This document shows positions 43,994-53,528 of a stretch of 64,000 bases of DNA, piece by piece (the stretch's first letter is position 1; every line of letters starts with the position of its first letter). Under the pieces are notes generated by a model that was not told the DNA's origin, searched no databases, and was given only the letters and a program-made list of their open reading frames with translations. A program made the translations under genes and the position numbers. Source of the DNA: Paludibacteraceae bacterium (GTDB taxonomy: Bacteria > Bacteroidota > Bacteroidia > Bacteroidales > Paludibacteraceae); NCBI GenBank assembly GCA_017471285.1, contig JAFUUZ010000026.1, positions 27 to 64,026 of the forward strand, in the 5' to 3' direction.

Positions 43994-44232
43994 TCTACTT
44001 CGTCAAGGGCCGCACGCATACCTTCGATGAAGGCATAGTCGGGCAGGGATTTGTCGTACACTTCCAGCTCGGCGCTCACGATGCGCTTGCACGCTTCGAT
44101 GCGCCCGCGTCTGTCAAGGACGATAGTGGAGTTGAGCATATCTGCGACCTGGTTTTGAAGGTCAATGGTGCGGGGCTTGTGTTCCGCATTCTGAGGGGCG
44201 CAGTAGGACTGCGTAAATTCTTGAATAGTCAT
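43990..44232 (-). CDS. hypothetical protein (80 aa)
   Basis: Track ORF. Confidence 0.55.
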   Translation of the reverse strand: MTIQEFTQSYCAPQNAEHKPRTIDLQNQVADMLNSTIVLDRRGRIEACKRIVSAELEVYDKSLPDYAFIEGMRAALDEVE

Positions 44233-44399
44233 ACCTTTTTGTGTTCTACTTTCTTGATACTATATACAGAGACGAGAACAAAGCCTCGGCCCGTATCTAC
44301 TTGGAGGGTAAGATTATCAACGACACCGACGATGATTCCCGATGTTGGTCCGTTGACGCATTCCCACCAAATACGGTCTCCGAATTGCAATTGTTCCAT
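44229..44399 (-). CDS. micro-ORF (56 aa)
   Basis: Hand-read MEQLQFGDRIWWECVNGPTSGIIVGVVDNLTLQVDTGRGFVLVSVYSIKKVEHKKV. ATGA overlap with 43990..44232. Confidence 0.45.
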   Translation of the reverse strand: MEQLQFGDRIWWECVNGPTSGIIVGVVDNLTLQVDTGRGFVLVSVYSIKKVEHKKV

Positions 44400-44463
44400 A
44401 GTGCCTTACATTTGAGAGCGTGGAGCGGGGCGCAAGCCACCGCAGCCCGAAATAGAAAATGTG

Positions 44464-44688
44464 TCATTGCTTGAACTTGAAGCACTCGCAGCATTTCTCG
44501 CAGCCGGAGCGCTTCTCTTCCCAATGATAGCAGTAACCCTTCCACAGACGATTCTCCCAATAGTCACACTCTTCGCAAGCGTGGTCGAAAGTGTCGTCTT
44601 GTGCGAGGTAGAATACTGCCGCAATAAACGCGGCAATCACGATGAAAAACACGAGTGCTGCTATGAGCAGCATTGCTGCGACAATCAT
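44464..44688 (-). CDS. TM-anchored Cys-rich protein (74 aa)
   Basis: N-terminal MIVAAMLLIAALVFFIVIAAFIAAVF, then CEECD...CEKCCEC. Confidence 0.55.
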   Translation of the reverse strand: MIVAAMLLIAALVFFIVIAAFIAAVFYLAQDDTFDHACEECDYWENRLWKGYCYHWEEKRSGCEKCCECFKFKQ

Positions 44689-44864
44689 TGTATTCTGTCT
44701 TTATTGATTGGCTTTGAACTGAGCGGGCAAGTCCGCATATCTGCAATCCAACACCCGCTCTGATTACACTTGTGGCGGGATTGCTGCGTCTTAGAATCGA
44801 ATTTCAGCACGCGAAAGTTGCAACCCTTGCAATCTTCGCTGCTCTTATTTCGTGGAGGTATCAT
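44685..44864 (-). CDS. micro-ORF (59 aa), Cys-rich
   Basis: Hand-read MIPPRNKSSEDCKGCNFRVLKFDSKTQQSRHKCNQSGCWIADMRTCPLSSKPINKDRIQ. ATGA overlaps at both ends. Confidence 0.4.
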   Translation of the reverse strand: MIPPRNKSSEDCKGCNFRVLKFDSKTQQSRHKCNQSGCWIADMRTCPLSSKPINKDRIQ

Positions 44865-45301
44865 ATCTTGTTGCGTTCGCGGAAGTTGAAACGGGCGATG
44901 TCCTCTGCCGAGAAGAGGCCACCTTCGGGGAGTTCTGTGAGGAACTTGACTACGGCATCGTATGCTTCATAAGTCCCCGTGCGGTCAAGGTAGAGCATCA
45001 GAATCTGCACGAGTTCGTTGCTCTCGGCGCGGAATCCGTCAAGGCGCTTCCAATTGCCCTCTGCGGCCTCAATGAAATCTTCATCAAGGCCGCACTTCTC
45101 GTACCACAGAAGTGTCTCTTTTACCTTCTGCGTGAAGATTCCGTAGTTGCGCTTGCGCTCCTGCTTGAATCCGCCAAGCGGCCTCAGATGAAGCGCAATG
45201 TCGTTATACAGAATATCAATCGAAAAGGCGAGGGCGTTAGCGAGGCGAAGCTGCTGCCCGATTATCTTGGTGGCCTCAGCGACCCTTTCTTCTTGTGTCA
45301 T
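44861..45301 (-). CDS. hypothetical protein (146 aa)
   Basis: Track ORF. Confidence 0.6.
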   Translation of the reverse strand: MTQEERVAEATKIIGQQLRLANALAFSIDILYNDIALHLRPLGGFKQERKRNYGIFTQKVKETLLWYEKCGLDEDFIEAAEGNWKRLDGFRAESNELVQILMLYLDRTGTYEAYDAVVKFLTELPEGGLFSAEDIARFNFRERNKI

Positions 45302-46407
45302 TACTTCCCAATGAGAATAGGCATCAGAAGGAGCGTGCAGGGGTCAGCCTCCGCATCCTGCGGGATAAGGAGAGCCGCACGCCGCTCGTCAGCGAGTTTC
45401 ACAATGACATCCTTGCTGCCGATGATACCGAGGGCCTTCATCAGCACTTCGCTCTTGAATCCGATAGAGATAGGCGTGCCTTCGTACCGCACACCAGGTA
45501 CGGTTTCCGTGGCAGCAAGGGCGAATCCGAAGTCCTGGGCCTCGGCCTTGAAGATTTCCTGCGAAATCGTCAGACGGATAGCGCCCGTGGACTTGTTGGC
45601 GCAAGTGGAGACGCGGTTGACAGATTCCATAAGCACCGCTCTGTTGGCGATAGCGACATTGGCGTTGCCGGTCGGAATCACGGCGGAATACTTCGGGAAC
45701 TTGCCTTCGAGCGTGCGGCAGGAGATAGTCACATCGCCGAAGCAGAATGCAATATTCTTCTCGTCTGCGAGGATTGCCACATCGCCCTCCTTGTTGAGCG
45801 CGGAATTGATAGTGGCGGCGGCAGAGGACGGGATGATGATTTGGCGCGGGTCGGAGCATCCGACGGGAATCGGGTACACGGACATAATCTTGGCATCCGT
45901 GGCAACGAAGTTCGTCTTGTTGGCTTGCGCATCCAGGAGGATGCCCGTAAGCGCCGGCCGCAGCTTGTCGTCTTTCTCCACGCACGGCAGCGTATGGTCG
46001 AACGCAGCCCGCAGGACCTTCTGAGGAATAACGATAAGGCTATTCTCAGCACCGGGGATTGCAACGACGGGGTAATCCTCCACGGGGAAGGTGGGAATGA
46101 CGGAGTTACCGAAGCCCCAATCAATCACGGCTTCCTTGTCCTCTGTGGTAATAGTGATGTCAATGTCGGGACAGACCTTGACGATGTTGAGGAAGTCACG
46201 CGCCATAACCGCCATACGGCCCTCGCACTCCGCATCCGTGGCGCAGACGATAGTCACGCTCGAATCAGAGGCGGTAATGGTGAGGCGATTGTCTCGGCTT
46301 TCCAAGAGGAAGGTTTCGAGAATTGGGAGGGACGATTTGCCGGGAATGGCTTTGATAGCGAGTGAGAGTGCTTTGGCGAGCGCCCTCGAATTGATTTTGA
46401 TATTCAT
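45301..46407 (-). CDS. dnaN: DNA polymerase III beta sliding clamp
   Basis: 368 aa. The N-terminus ...LAKALSLAIKAIPGKSSLPILETFLLESRDNRLTITASD is typical of DnaN. Length fits three clamp domains. Confidence 0.8.
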   Translation of the reverse strand: MNIKINSRALAKALSLAIKAIPGKSSLPILETFLLESRDNRLTITASDSSVTIVCATDAECEGRMAVMARDFLNIVKVCPDIDITITTEDKEAVIDWGFGNSVIPTFPVEDYPVVAIPGAENSLIVIPQKVLRAAFDHTLPCVEKDDKLRPALTGILLDAQANKTNFVATDAKIMSVYPIPVGCSDPRQIIIPSSAAATINSALNKEGDVAILADEKNIAFCFGDVTISCRTLEGKFPKYSAVIPTGNANVAIANRAVLMESVNRVSTCANKSTGAIRLTISQEIFKAEAQDFGFALAATETVPGVRYEGTPISIGFKSEVLMKALGIIGSKDVIVKLADERRAALLIPQDAEADPCTLLLMPILIGK

Positions 46408-46425
46408 AACAGTTGTGGTTGTTGT

Positions 46426-48549
46426 CTAAAATGGAAGGTCGTCAATATCTTCGATTGCTTGCTCCGGCTCTTCGGGGGTCTCGTCGGAGTTCTCTACCCA
46501 CCCCATAGGCTGAGTGGTGTCGAACACTTCGGGGAGGTCGTCAATGCGAGTATCTTCCTGCCACCCGTAGATGATATGTTCCGCAGCGTCATTCTTGTAC
46601 CGGCGCGAAGGCTTGTCGTAGTACAGTCCGATAAGGTGGTCCTTGATGCCGAATGCGCGATTCTTGCAGACCTCTATCACGGAATCGTACTTCTCGAACT
46701 CTTCGATTGTCGGAGCGCCGAAGAAGTCTTTTGCGCGGCGCTTGAAGTCGCGACCGACGCGGTGGATGATGAAGCAGTTGTCGGCAAGGTTGGTGAGGTC
46801 CGCCGTACCCGAAATGGATTCCATTCGCAGAAGCTGGAAGCCCTGCTCCTTTCGGGGGTGGCAGACGAGAACGATGTGAACATTCTCCCGCTTCGCGTAG
46901 TCTTTGAGGTCATTGATGAATCCCGTCTGACGGTCATTCTTCTCGCCGTAGTAGTTGTCAAGCTGCAACGCCATAAGGTTGTCAACGACGAGAAGCTGAG
47001 CGCCCGTGGTTTTCACGCACTCTTTGATGTCGGCGAAGATTTGGCTGAACTTGTTGCCATACTCGTTGTTGTAGAGGTAAATCTTGCCTTCGAGCCAACG
47101 GTTGATTTGGTCGCAGATTTCCTTCGGGGCGTAGTATAGACCGTCATAGCCTTCCTTAGCGCGAACGAAGTTCGGTCCTGCGGCCATTTGGTCCAACCAC
47201 GACTGAAAGCGGAAGTCCTGCAACTCGCCGGACCATACTGCGGAGACATAGCCTCGCTGAGCGGCATTGAGCAGAAAGAAGTCAATTACAGAGGTCTTGC
47301 CCGCGCCGGAGATACCCGATATGATTGTCACATCGCCCATAATCAGCCCCATAACCTTCTTGTCAAGGGCGACTATGCCGGTTGGGATTGCCACAAGCTG
47401 AGACGGGTCGCGAAACGCGATGTCTGTCATTTGCAGCCACTTCTTGCCTTTCTCCTTGCTCTCGCCCTCAATCTTGATAGGCAACTGCTGAATCTGCGCG
47501 GTCTTGCCGTAGTAGGACTGCTTGTGCTGAAACTCCTTGTAGTCCCGTTGGTCGTAGGCTTGCGGGTCGAATTTGAGCCGCACATCGCGCCAGGTGTACT
47601 GTTGGCAGGAGTGGTGGAGGCACTTGAATCCGATTGCCCCGCTATCCATTACGAAGAGGGCGCTATCGGGCGCTTTGTGGTCCGAACAGAAGGGACACTC
47701 ATTGAGGACAAGCTTCTCGCCGCCGGAGAATTTCACGCGCTTCGCAATGCCAATGCCGTGCTGCGTGACGAAACTCTCTATGTCGAACTTCTCGGCTGAG
47801 TAACCGTTGAATCTGCTTGGCCGCTCCTGCTGAGGAAGCATCGCCGCCACCTTCTCGAAGTATTCGTTAGGTGTCGGTTTGATTTCTTCGGGTACGCTGA
47901 CGATTGTCGAAAGGCGTTGCGGGCGGTCGGGCGAATTGACACCCTTGCGCGAGACGCAGCCGTAGAGTTTGCAGATGCGGTTGGGGTCGTGCGGAGCGCA
48001 GTCAATGTGTGCGCCACCGGCGGAGAAGAGCATATCCAGGACTTGAAGAAACCTCTTCATCGTCTCGGTGTTCTTTTCCGTGTTCGCCATATTCTGACGA
48101 ATCAGCAGATGCACGCCGTTTCCCGAAAGGCAGACCACGGGAGGCGTGAAGCCTTCGTCGCGGAGGAACTTGCAGACATTGTTGGCGACGACCTTCGCGG
48201 TCTCCACCTCAGCATCCGAGGCGTTTGTGCCGGCCGGCCGCACAACATCAATGTCTATCAGACACCAATCGCGGCCAACGATGTCGCCCGCAGATGTCGA
48301 AATCGCTCCGAGTTGGAGGCGGTCACGCTGAATGCGGTTGTAGCACGCTTCGTTGATGCGATTGAGCGTGAAGTATATTTGGCAGTAATCATACGGCGCT
48401 ATGGCCGCAAGGATTGTCTCTACATCCGTGAAGTAGCCCGAATAGATTTTCTTTCCGTTGCGTGCCGAAGGGTCAATGACGCGAATCTCCACCAACTCGT
48501 GATTGGCTTTGAACACATTGTACCACATTCGGATGATATTCGCTTCCAT
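46426..48549 (-). CDS. bifunctional primase-helicase (T7 gp4 / DnaB-like SF4 helicase C-terminal half)
   Basis: Zinc motif CPFCSDHK...CLHHSC, Walker A ISGISGAGKTS, and a RecA-type core (LLVVDNLMAL, VLVCHPRK). Confidence 0.8.
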   Translation of the reverse strand: MEANIIRMWYNVFKANHELVEIRVIDPSARNGKKIYSGYFTDVETILAAIAPYDYCQIYFTLNRINEACYNRIQRDRLQLGAISTSAGDIVGRDWCLIDIDVVRPAGTNASDAEVETAKVVANNVCKFLRDEGFTPPVVCLSGNGVHLLIRQNMANTEKNTETMKRFLQVLDMLFSAGGAHIDCAPHDPNRICKLYGCVSRKGVNSPDRPQRLSTIVSVPEEIKPTPNEYFEKVAAMLPQQERPSRFNGYSAEKFDIESFVTQHGIGIAKRVKFSGGEKLVLNECPFCSDHKAPDSALFVMDSGAIGFKCLHHSCQQYTWRDVRLKFDPQAYDQRDYKEFQHKQSYYGKTAQIQQLPIKIEGESKEKGKKWLQMTDIAFRDPSQLVAIPTGIVALDKKVMGLIMGDVTIISGISGAGKTSVIDFFLLNAAQRGYVSAVWSGELQDFRFQSWLDQMAAGPNFVRAKEGYDGLYYAPKEICDQINRWLEGKIYLYNNEYGNKFSQIFADIKECVKTTGAQLLVVDNLMALQLDNYYGEKNDRQTGFINDLKDYAKRENVHIVLVCHPRKEQGFQLLRMESISGTADLTNLADNCFIIHRVGRDFKRRAKDFFGAPTIEEFEKYDSVIEVCKNRAFGIKDHLIGLYYDKPSRRYKNDAAEHIIYGWQEDTRIDDLPEVFDTTQPMGWVENSDETPEEPEQAIEDIDDLPF

Positions 48550-49013
48550 TATCTATATTCGGACGAAGGTTGAGGTGACGGGAGTTCTGTGGGGAAGAGG
48601 TCGTCAGAGACGACTTCGGGGAGGTTATTGAGCAGCGTGCCGAAGTTTTTGAGGTACTGCCCGGAGATTCTGCAATCTTCAAGGTACTGCGTGATAGACT
48701 GCTTGATTTCCTCGGCGCTCTTGGTTTTGAGCAGCGTGCGGATGCGGGCCTTGTCTTTGCTGCATTTGCCCGTAGCGACACCGCGATTGGGGCATTTCGT
48801 GGGGTACATCTTGTAGATTTCTTCCACGGCGGCTTCCATTTCGGCATCTTTGGCCGATTTCGCGGCCTCTGACGGGCTTTCGGGCATCGGGTGGTAAGAT
48901 TCTCCACCCGCATACTCGTCGGCGGATTTCAGCCACTCTTCTGCGCTTCTGTCGGTCTTAGTTCCGACAAGGGCGGCAAGGAGGTAGGCGATAACTCTGA
49001 GTTGGTGTTCCAT
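48549..49013 (-). CDS. hypothetical protein (154 aa)
   Basis: Track ORF. Confidence 0.6.
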   Translation of the reverse strand: MEHQLRVIAYLLAALVGTKTDRSAEEWLKSADEYAGGESYHPMPESPSEAAKSAKDAEMEAAVEEIYKMYPTKCPNRGVATGKCSKDKARIRTLLKTKSAEEIKQSITQYLEDCRISGQYLKNFGTLLNNLPEVVSDDLFPTELPSPQPSSEYR

Positions 49014-49015
49014 TC

Positions 49016-49378
49016 CTAAAAAAGCGATAGCTGCACGGTCTCTTGCGGGACGGGCTTGGGCCGTGCGTGTTTGACAAAATTCTCAATGGTCTTGCGCCGC
49101 TCGAATACGGCGATAGCCTTCGATTTGAGTTCCGCCACGGCGTTCTCGGCGAGTTCCACATCCTCCTTGTTGAACGGGTCGGGGATGTGGTAGCCCTTCT
49201 TGGCGACAGTAGAGAGGATGCAGAGGTTGAACGGCAGCAAGCGCTGCGTCAGTTCCTCTGTATAGGCACGCGCCTTGCGCTCGCGGTCCTTCGTGCGGGG
49301 AAGTTCGAGCATATCGGCCAGCTCTTCTTTGGAAACCCAACGGGTTTGAAGCTCCTTGATGATTTCTTCTTCTGTCAT
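49016..49378 (-). CDS. hypothetical protein (120 aa)
   Basis: Track ORF. Confidence 0.6.
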   Translation of the reverse strand: MTEEEIIKELQTRWVSKEELADMLELPRTKDRERKARAYTEELTQRLLPFNLCILSTVAKKGYHIPDPFNKEDVELAENAVAELKSKAIAVFERRKTIENFVKHARPKPVPQETVQLSLF

Positions 49379-49380
49379 AG

Positions 49381-49812
49381 CTAAAAGTGAAGCAGGACGC
49401 GCTCGAACTCTTCCGTGGAGATTACGGGCGCAAGGATTGTGTCTATTACGGTGCGTACTCGCGTGTAGAGGTCCTCAAATTCCGTCTCGTCAATTTTGTC
49501 CCACGCGATGCTCTTGGGTATTTCCACCCATTCTTTGTATCTCGGAGAGTAGAAGATGTCGCAATGACCCGCCGCGACTTGAACATACTTTCGGAAGTTC
49601 TCTGTGGTGCGGAATCCTTGCTGCTGACTTTCGGGCAGGAGATTCCACGCGGCGTTAATCAGAGCGTGATATTTTTTGAAAAATTGGGGGTTGACTACCT
49701 TCCGAATCTCGGCAGTATAGGCTTCCCCCAATTTCAGCTTCTTCTTCTCTTCGTAACTGTCGTCATACATCGGCATTAAGCCGTGGACGGTGTTAAGGAG
49801 AAGGAGTTTCAT
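49381..49812 (-). CDS. hypothetical protein (143 aa), replication/recombination module
   Basis: Track ORF. Confidence 0.6.
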   Translation of the reverse strand: MKLLLLNTVHGLMPMYDDSYEEKKKLKLGEAYTAEIRKVVNPQFFKKYHALINAAWNLLPESQQQGFRTTENFRKYVQVAAGHCDIFYSPRYKEWVEIPKSIAWDKIDETEFEDLYTRVRTVIDTILAPVISTEEFERVLLHF

Positions 49813-49814
49813 AC

Positions 49815-50402
49815 CTACGGCAAATCGTCAACTGCGCCGCCCTGGGGAGGTGCGGACTGAGGGAACGGGACTTGGTAGGCGGGAGCGGGCTGCGGTGCAG
49901 GAGCAGGGGCTGCGGCGGGTTGGTATGCCGGCTGCGGGGCGGGCTGATACTGAGGCTGCGGCTGATACTGCGGCTGAGGCGCGGGAGCGTACCCCTGCTG
50001 AGGCGGGTACTGCGGCTGAGGCTGATAGCCCTGCGGCGCGTAGCCCTGCTGAGGTGCAGGAGCGGGCGCGGCCGGCTGCTGAGGACGAGAGCCGACAAGC
50101 TGCAACTGAAAGACACGAATCTTCTTGGATTCGCGGGCCTGGCCTTGCTGGTCGGTCCACTTGTCCGTCTTAATCTTGCCTTCGATATAGACTTGCTGAC
50201 CCTTTTTCAGATAGGGATAGACACCCTCGCTGCCGAAGATTTCACAGTTGTGGAACTCCGTCTCTTCGAGCATCTGCCCGTTGCGGTCTTTGAACTTCTC
50301 TGATGTGGCGACACCGAAGGAGGCCACTTGCGACTGTCCCGCTTGGCGGAACTCCGCGTCTCTCGTCAGATTGCCGACGAGGATAACCTTGTTTACACTC
50401 AT
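49815..50402 (-). CDS. ssb: single-stranded DNA-binding protein
   Basis: OB-fold N-terminus MSVNKVILVGNLTRDAEFR, a P/Q/Y-rich linker and an acidic tip ...GGAVDDLP. Confidence 0.93.
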   Translation of the reverse strand: MSVNKVILVGNLTRDAEFRQAGQSQVASFGVATSEKFKDRNGQMLEETEFHNCEIFGSEGVYPYLKKGQQVYIEGKIKTDKWTDQQGQARESKKIRVFQLQLVGSRPQQPAAPAPAPQQGYAPQGYQPQPQYPPQQGYAPAPQPQYQPQPQYQPAPQPAYQPAAAPAPAPQPAPAYQVPFPQSAPPQGGAVDDLP

Positions 50403-50405
50403 AGC

Positions 50406-50813
50406 TTACTGTGGAATTTTGTTGCCTTTGGCGGTCTTGGTGATGTAGTGGTGGATGATTTCTTCGAGGATGCTTTCAACAACCTCTTCTGCGAGGCGAC
50501 CATAGGCTTCCGGGGATTTCTCCTTCGGAATGATGTCGCCGACGCAACTCAGCCTCGCGTGGAAGATTTTGTTGGAATCTGCGTTGTCCTTGCAGTCAAC
50601 ATAGATGTGGAACTGTCCCACGAGTTCCTGCAACGCTACGGCAAAGCCCATTTTTGCCGAGATAGGCATATTGGCGATGTCGTTGAGAGCGCCGCCGAAC
50701 TTCAAGGAATCGTTGGCCGGCATAACTTGCAGCTTACCCACTATGAAGGTGTGTTCTGCAACCTCTTTGAGAATGGCGATAAGTCCGCCGAACTGCTCGA
50801 ATACTTTATTCAT
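50406..50813 (-). CDS. hypothetical protein (135 aa)
   Basis: Track ORF. Confidence 0.6.
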   Translation of the reverse strand: MNKVFEQFGGLIAILKEVAEHTFIVGKLQVMPANDSLKFGGALNDIANMPISAKMGFAVALQELVGQFHIYVDCKDNADSNKIFHARLSCVGDIIPKEKSPEAYGRLAEEVVESILEEIIHHYITKTAKGNKIPQ

Positions 50814-51759
50814 TTGGCTTGAAAGATACGCTACCCTTCACCTCGCTCACGGACGAGACCTCTGCGGCGATTTCGGGGTACTTGGATTTGAGTTTGGCTG
50901 AATTGACCCGCGTTGTCTCGTAGGGCTTCTTCAACTTGAACACGCCGCCGGGACAACTCATTTCTTCGAGGTTGTTGGCGAGCATATACTGATAGAGTTT
51001 GTCCTTGATTGCCTCAGAGGACGCTTTCAGCGCCTTCGTTGCTGCATCGTATGCGGCAATCTTCGTCTCTGCATCCACGAGGGTGAGAGCCTCGGCATCA
51101 GAGAGAATGAGGCTCGCATCTGCGGGCGCATTCTTCTGAACATAGCGCTCGCCGGCCTCTTCGCAGCGCAGGACCTCGGCAACCTCTTCGTCGGCCACCC
51201 TCTGCACTTCAATCAGCTTGGCCTGGCCGTTGCGGATGTGAATGGCGTAGAGGTGCGGGACTTTGATTTCGGGATTCTGACGCTCGAACAGATAGGCGTA
51301 GATGCTAAGCTGCCACGCTACGGAATCAAGGTGCAAGGAGGATGTCGTCTTGACATCTGCGAGGCTACCGTCTTTGAACACCTTGTCAATGAAGGAAGCG
51401 ACAATCTTGTTGTCGGTGACGAGGTACTCGGAGCATTCGATTTGGAGGCCAAGTTTCGCATAGGCTTTCAGCAGGGCCTCCTGCTCTTCCTTCGTCTGTA
51501 AGACCTTACCCTCGAAGTAGTCCGAGAGGACCTCTGCGGGGACTGCGGTCTCGCCGTTGTCGTAGTGTTCAAGGAGCGTGTGGACTGCCGTGCCACGCTT
51601 TGCGGCATCGGCAAGAATCTCCGGCGAGATTCCGTCATAGTCGGGCGAGAGGCCCTGGTGCTTCATCAGCGTGGTAATGCCAATCAGCACCTTGTCTCCC
51701 ATTATGTAGCTATGGGTGAACTCGTCGAAGGCGACATTGGAGGGATGATTCAGTTTCAT
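50806..51759 (-). CDS. PD-(D/E)xK family exonuclease (recombination partner of ERF)
   Basis: FIDKVF...LADVKTT fits a D...(D/E)xK core. Adjacent to the ERF gene. Confidence 0.6.
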   Translation of the reverse strand: MKLNHPSNVAFDEFTHSYIMGDKVLIGITTLMKHQGLSPDYDGISPEILADAAKRGTAVHTLLEHYDNGETAVPAEVLSDYFEGKVLQTKEEQEALLKAYAKLGLQIECSEYLVTDNKIVASFIDKVFKDGSLADVKTTSSLHLDSVAWQLSIYAYLFERQNPEIKVPHLYAIHIRNGQAKLIEVQRVADEEVAEVLRCEEAGERYVQKNAPADASLILSDAEALTLVDAETKIAAYDAATKALKASSEAIKDKLYQYMLANNLEEMSCPGGVFKLKKPYETTRVNSAKLKSKYPEIAAEVSSVSEVKGSVSFKPNE

Positions 51760-52466
51760 TTCTGTGTACTCCTTCCAGCATTAGGGTTGCAGGGGTGTTG
51801 CATTACTGCGCGGACGACATCGGCGTTCTGCGAGAACATCGTTTTCCAAAAGCCCCACTTGGCGGCGAGGTCCTCGGCGGATGTGGCAGTATTGATGTCG
51901 GCGATTGCCTGGTCCACCGTGTAGGCGGGCTGAATGGTACGCTGCTGAGGCTGCTGCGGCGTGGGCTGCTCTGCGGCGGGCGCAGGAGCAGGGGCTTCTG
52001 CTGCGGGAGCGGCGGCTGCGGGCTTGCGGCCACGCTTCGGGGCTGCGGGAGCTGGAGCGCCAGGCGCTGCGGGTGCTTCCTGCCCGTGAGTGTTCGTCGC
52101 GTCGGGGTCTTTGTTGTCGTCAATGCAGAACAGACCGTTGAGGGCATACTTGCGAGCGTAGGAAGAGGACGCGCCCGTAATCTGAGAAGCGTCGCTACCC
52201 TTGCGGTCAAGCGGCTCGCGGGCGAAGGCGGAGTTGCTCACGGTCTCGCCGGCGGCATTGGTAATGGTCGCGGTCGCCTTGACATAGATGCGGTCGCCAA
52301 CGGCAACGATGTCGTCGGTGATAGTGACCGTACAACCCGTTTGAGCGAGCAGGGGTTTGAGCGCTTCAAGGATGTCCTCGCAGGAGCGGTAGTAGTAGCC
52401 ACCGAACTTGTTGTACTGATTCTTCGGCGCGGAAAGCTGCGTCTGAATGATGTTCAACTCTTTCAT
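51756..52466 (-). CDS. ERF-family single-strand annealing protein
   Basis: ...REPLDRKGSDASQITGASSSYARKYALNGLFCIDD matches the ERF core signature. Pro/Ala-rich linker. Confidence 0.8.
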   Translation of the reverse strand: MKELNIIQTQLSAPKNQYNKFGGYYYRSCEDILEALKPLLAQTGCTVTITDDIVAVGDRIYVKATATITNAAGETVSNSAFAREPLDRKGSDASQITGASSSYARKYALNGLFCIDDNKDPDATNTHGQEAPAAPGAPAPAAPKRGRKPAAAAPAAEAPAPAPAAEQPTPQQPQQRTIQPAYTVDQAIADINTATSAEDLAAKWGFWKTMFSQNADVVRAVMQHPCNPNAGRSTQK

Positions 52467-52470
52467 AGGG

Positions 52471-52746
52471 CTACTCGGCTACTTGCTCCTTGAAGTCGGG
52501 GCAGGGTTTGAAGTGGGGAACATAGTGTTCCGGGATAATGACGGTTTCCTTCGCGGAGATATTCTGACCGCGCTTCTCCTTGCGGAGTTTGGCGGAGAAT
52601 GTACCGAAACCACGGAGGTAAACGGAATCCTTCTTGGCGATTGCCTTTCGGACTTCGCTCATAGCGTCGTCAAGGACCGCTTTGACAACAACGCGGTCGA
52701 GGCCGAGGTTGGATGCCACGGCTTGTACTAAATCTGCTTTAATCAT
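52471..52746 (-). CDS. HU/IHF-family DNA-binding protein
   Basis: MIKADLVQAVASNL...VYLRGFGTFSAKLRKEKRGQN... is typical HU (GFGxF, beta-arm RxxRNP-like). Confidence 0.85.
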   Translation of the reverse strand: MIKADLVQAVASNLGLDRVVVKAVLDDAMSEVRKAIAKKDSVYLRGFGTFSAKLRKEKRGQNISAKETVIIPEHYVPHFKPCPDFKEQVAE

Positions 52747-52778
52747 ATTTGTTGGGGTTAGAAATGTTCAGAGAAAAA

Positions 52779-52802
52779 AGTGGCGGGCTGCAACCCACCA
52801 CT
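52779..52802 (-). terminator. intrinsic terminator (- strand)
   Basis: On the - strand: AGTGGTGGG-TTGCAG-CCCGCCACT followed by TTTTTTCTC. Confidence 0.55.
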
Positions 52803-53018
52803 TGACGGATGTCGCGAATTGGTGCAATGTCACTTAGGGAGGGGACACCTTTCATCCGGCAGCTTGTCACAATTCAGTTCCGATTTAGGGGATAACTTAC
52901 TGCCATATTCGCAACCTACCCAAGACGGTGTGTTCCGTCGGACACCCCCGCATTATTACCCCTCCGCCCCTGGAATATCGGGGAAAGAATAGGGACATTT
53001 CGAGGTGTAGGAGGACAC

Positions 53019-53231
53019 CTATGCAGAGTTCCACGCAACAATCATAAGGACCGATGCGCTCGTTCCAAGCCAGCATCCCGAATGGCCGAGGAAGAGGCCG
53101 ACGACACTCACGATTCCAATTACGGCAAACAGAGCCGTAAAGAACTTACGGCTAAGCTGCTCTTGGTTGTCGTAGCACTTGTAGAGCGCCCTGCGAACAA
53201 CCCACAGTTTATGAAGAATCTTGCGTTTCAT
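53019..53231 (-). CDS. small membrane protein (70 aa)
   Basis: Hydrophobic FTALFAVIGIVSVVGLFLG and SASVLMIVAW. Confidence 0.5.
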   Translation of the reverse strand: MKRKILHKLWVVRRALYKCYDNQEQLSRKFFTALFAVIGIVSVVGLFLGHSGCWLGTSASVLMIVAWNSA

Positions 53232-53524
53232 TTTGAGAAAAAGACGATTTTAGATTTCTTGACGAATGTTCTGCCGGGCGTTCCGACGGGCGCAGTTGGC
53301 TCATACCAAACTTTTCGCTTTATTGGCAACTGTTTGGAACTGATATGAAGCCAACAACGACAGTTCTCAGAGGGCGAGCAGCATCCAAAGTCAACGCAAC
53401 ACTCGTCGCGAAACGGGTTGTGAATTGCAATGCCGAAAAATTGAAGAAGGCATTGAACTCGCGCGGTAAAGGCGATGTGCTTTCTCGCGGCCGAGCGTAG
53501 ATAGTATGTGTCAAATGCTTTCAT
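53228..53524 (-). CDS. Cys-rich hypothetical protein (98 aa)
   Basis: Track ORF with an ATGA overlap with 53019..53231. Composition is only moderately protein-like. Confidence 0.4.
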   Translation of the reverse strand: MKAFDTYYLRSAARKHIAFTARVQCLLQFFGIAIHNPFRDECCVDFGCCSPSENCRCWLHISSKQLPIKRKVWYEPTAPVGTPGRTFVKKSKIVFFSK

Positions 53525-53528
53525 AATG

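Noticed and set aside
44852-46365. + strand ORFs 44852-46024 and 45295-46365 opposite the clamp gene
   Set aside because: They are antisense to the clear DnaN-like ORF and to 44861-45301, so they are shadow frames.
49790-50303. Several overlapping ORFs in all frames across the SSB linker
   Set aside because: They are caused by the repetitive CAG/CCG/GGC-rich DNA encoding the P/Q/Y-rich SSB linker. Only the SSB frame has an OB-fold N-terminus and an acidic tip.
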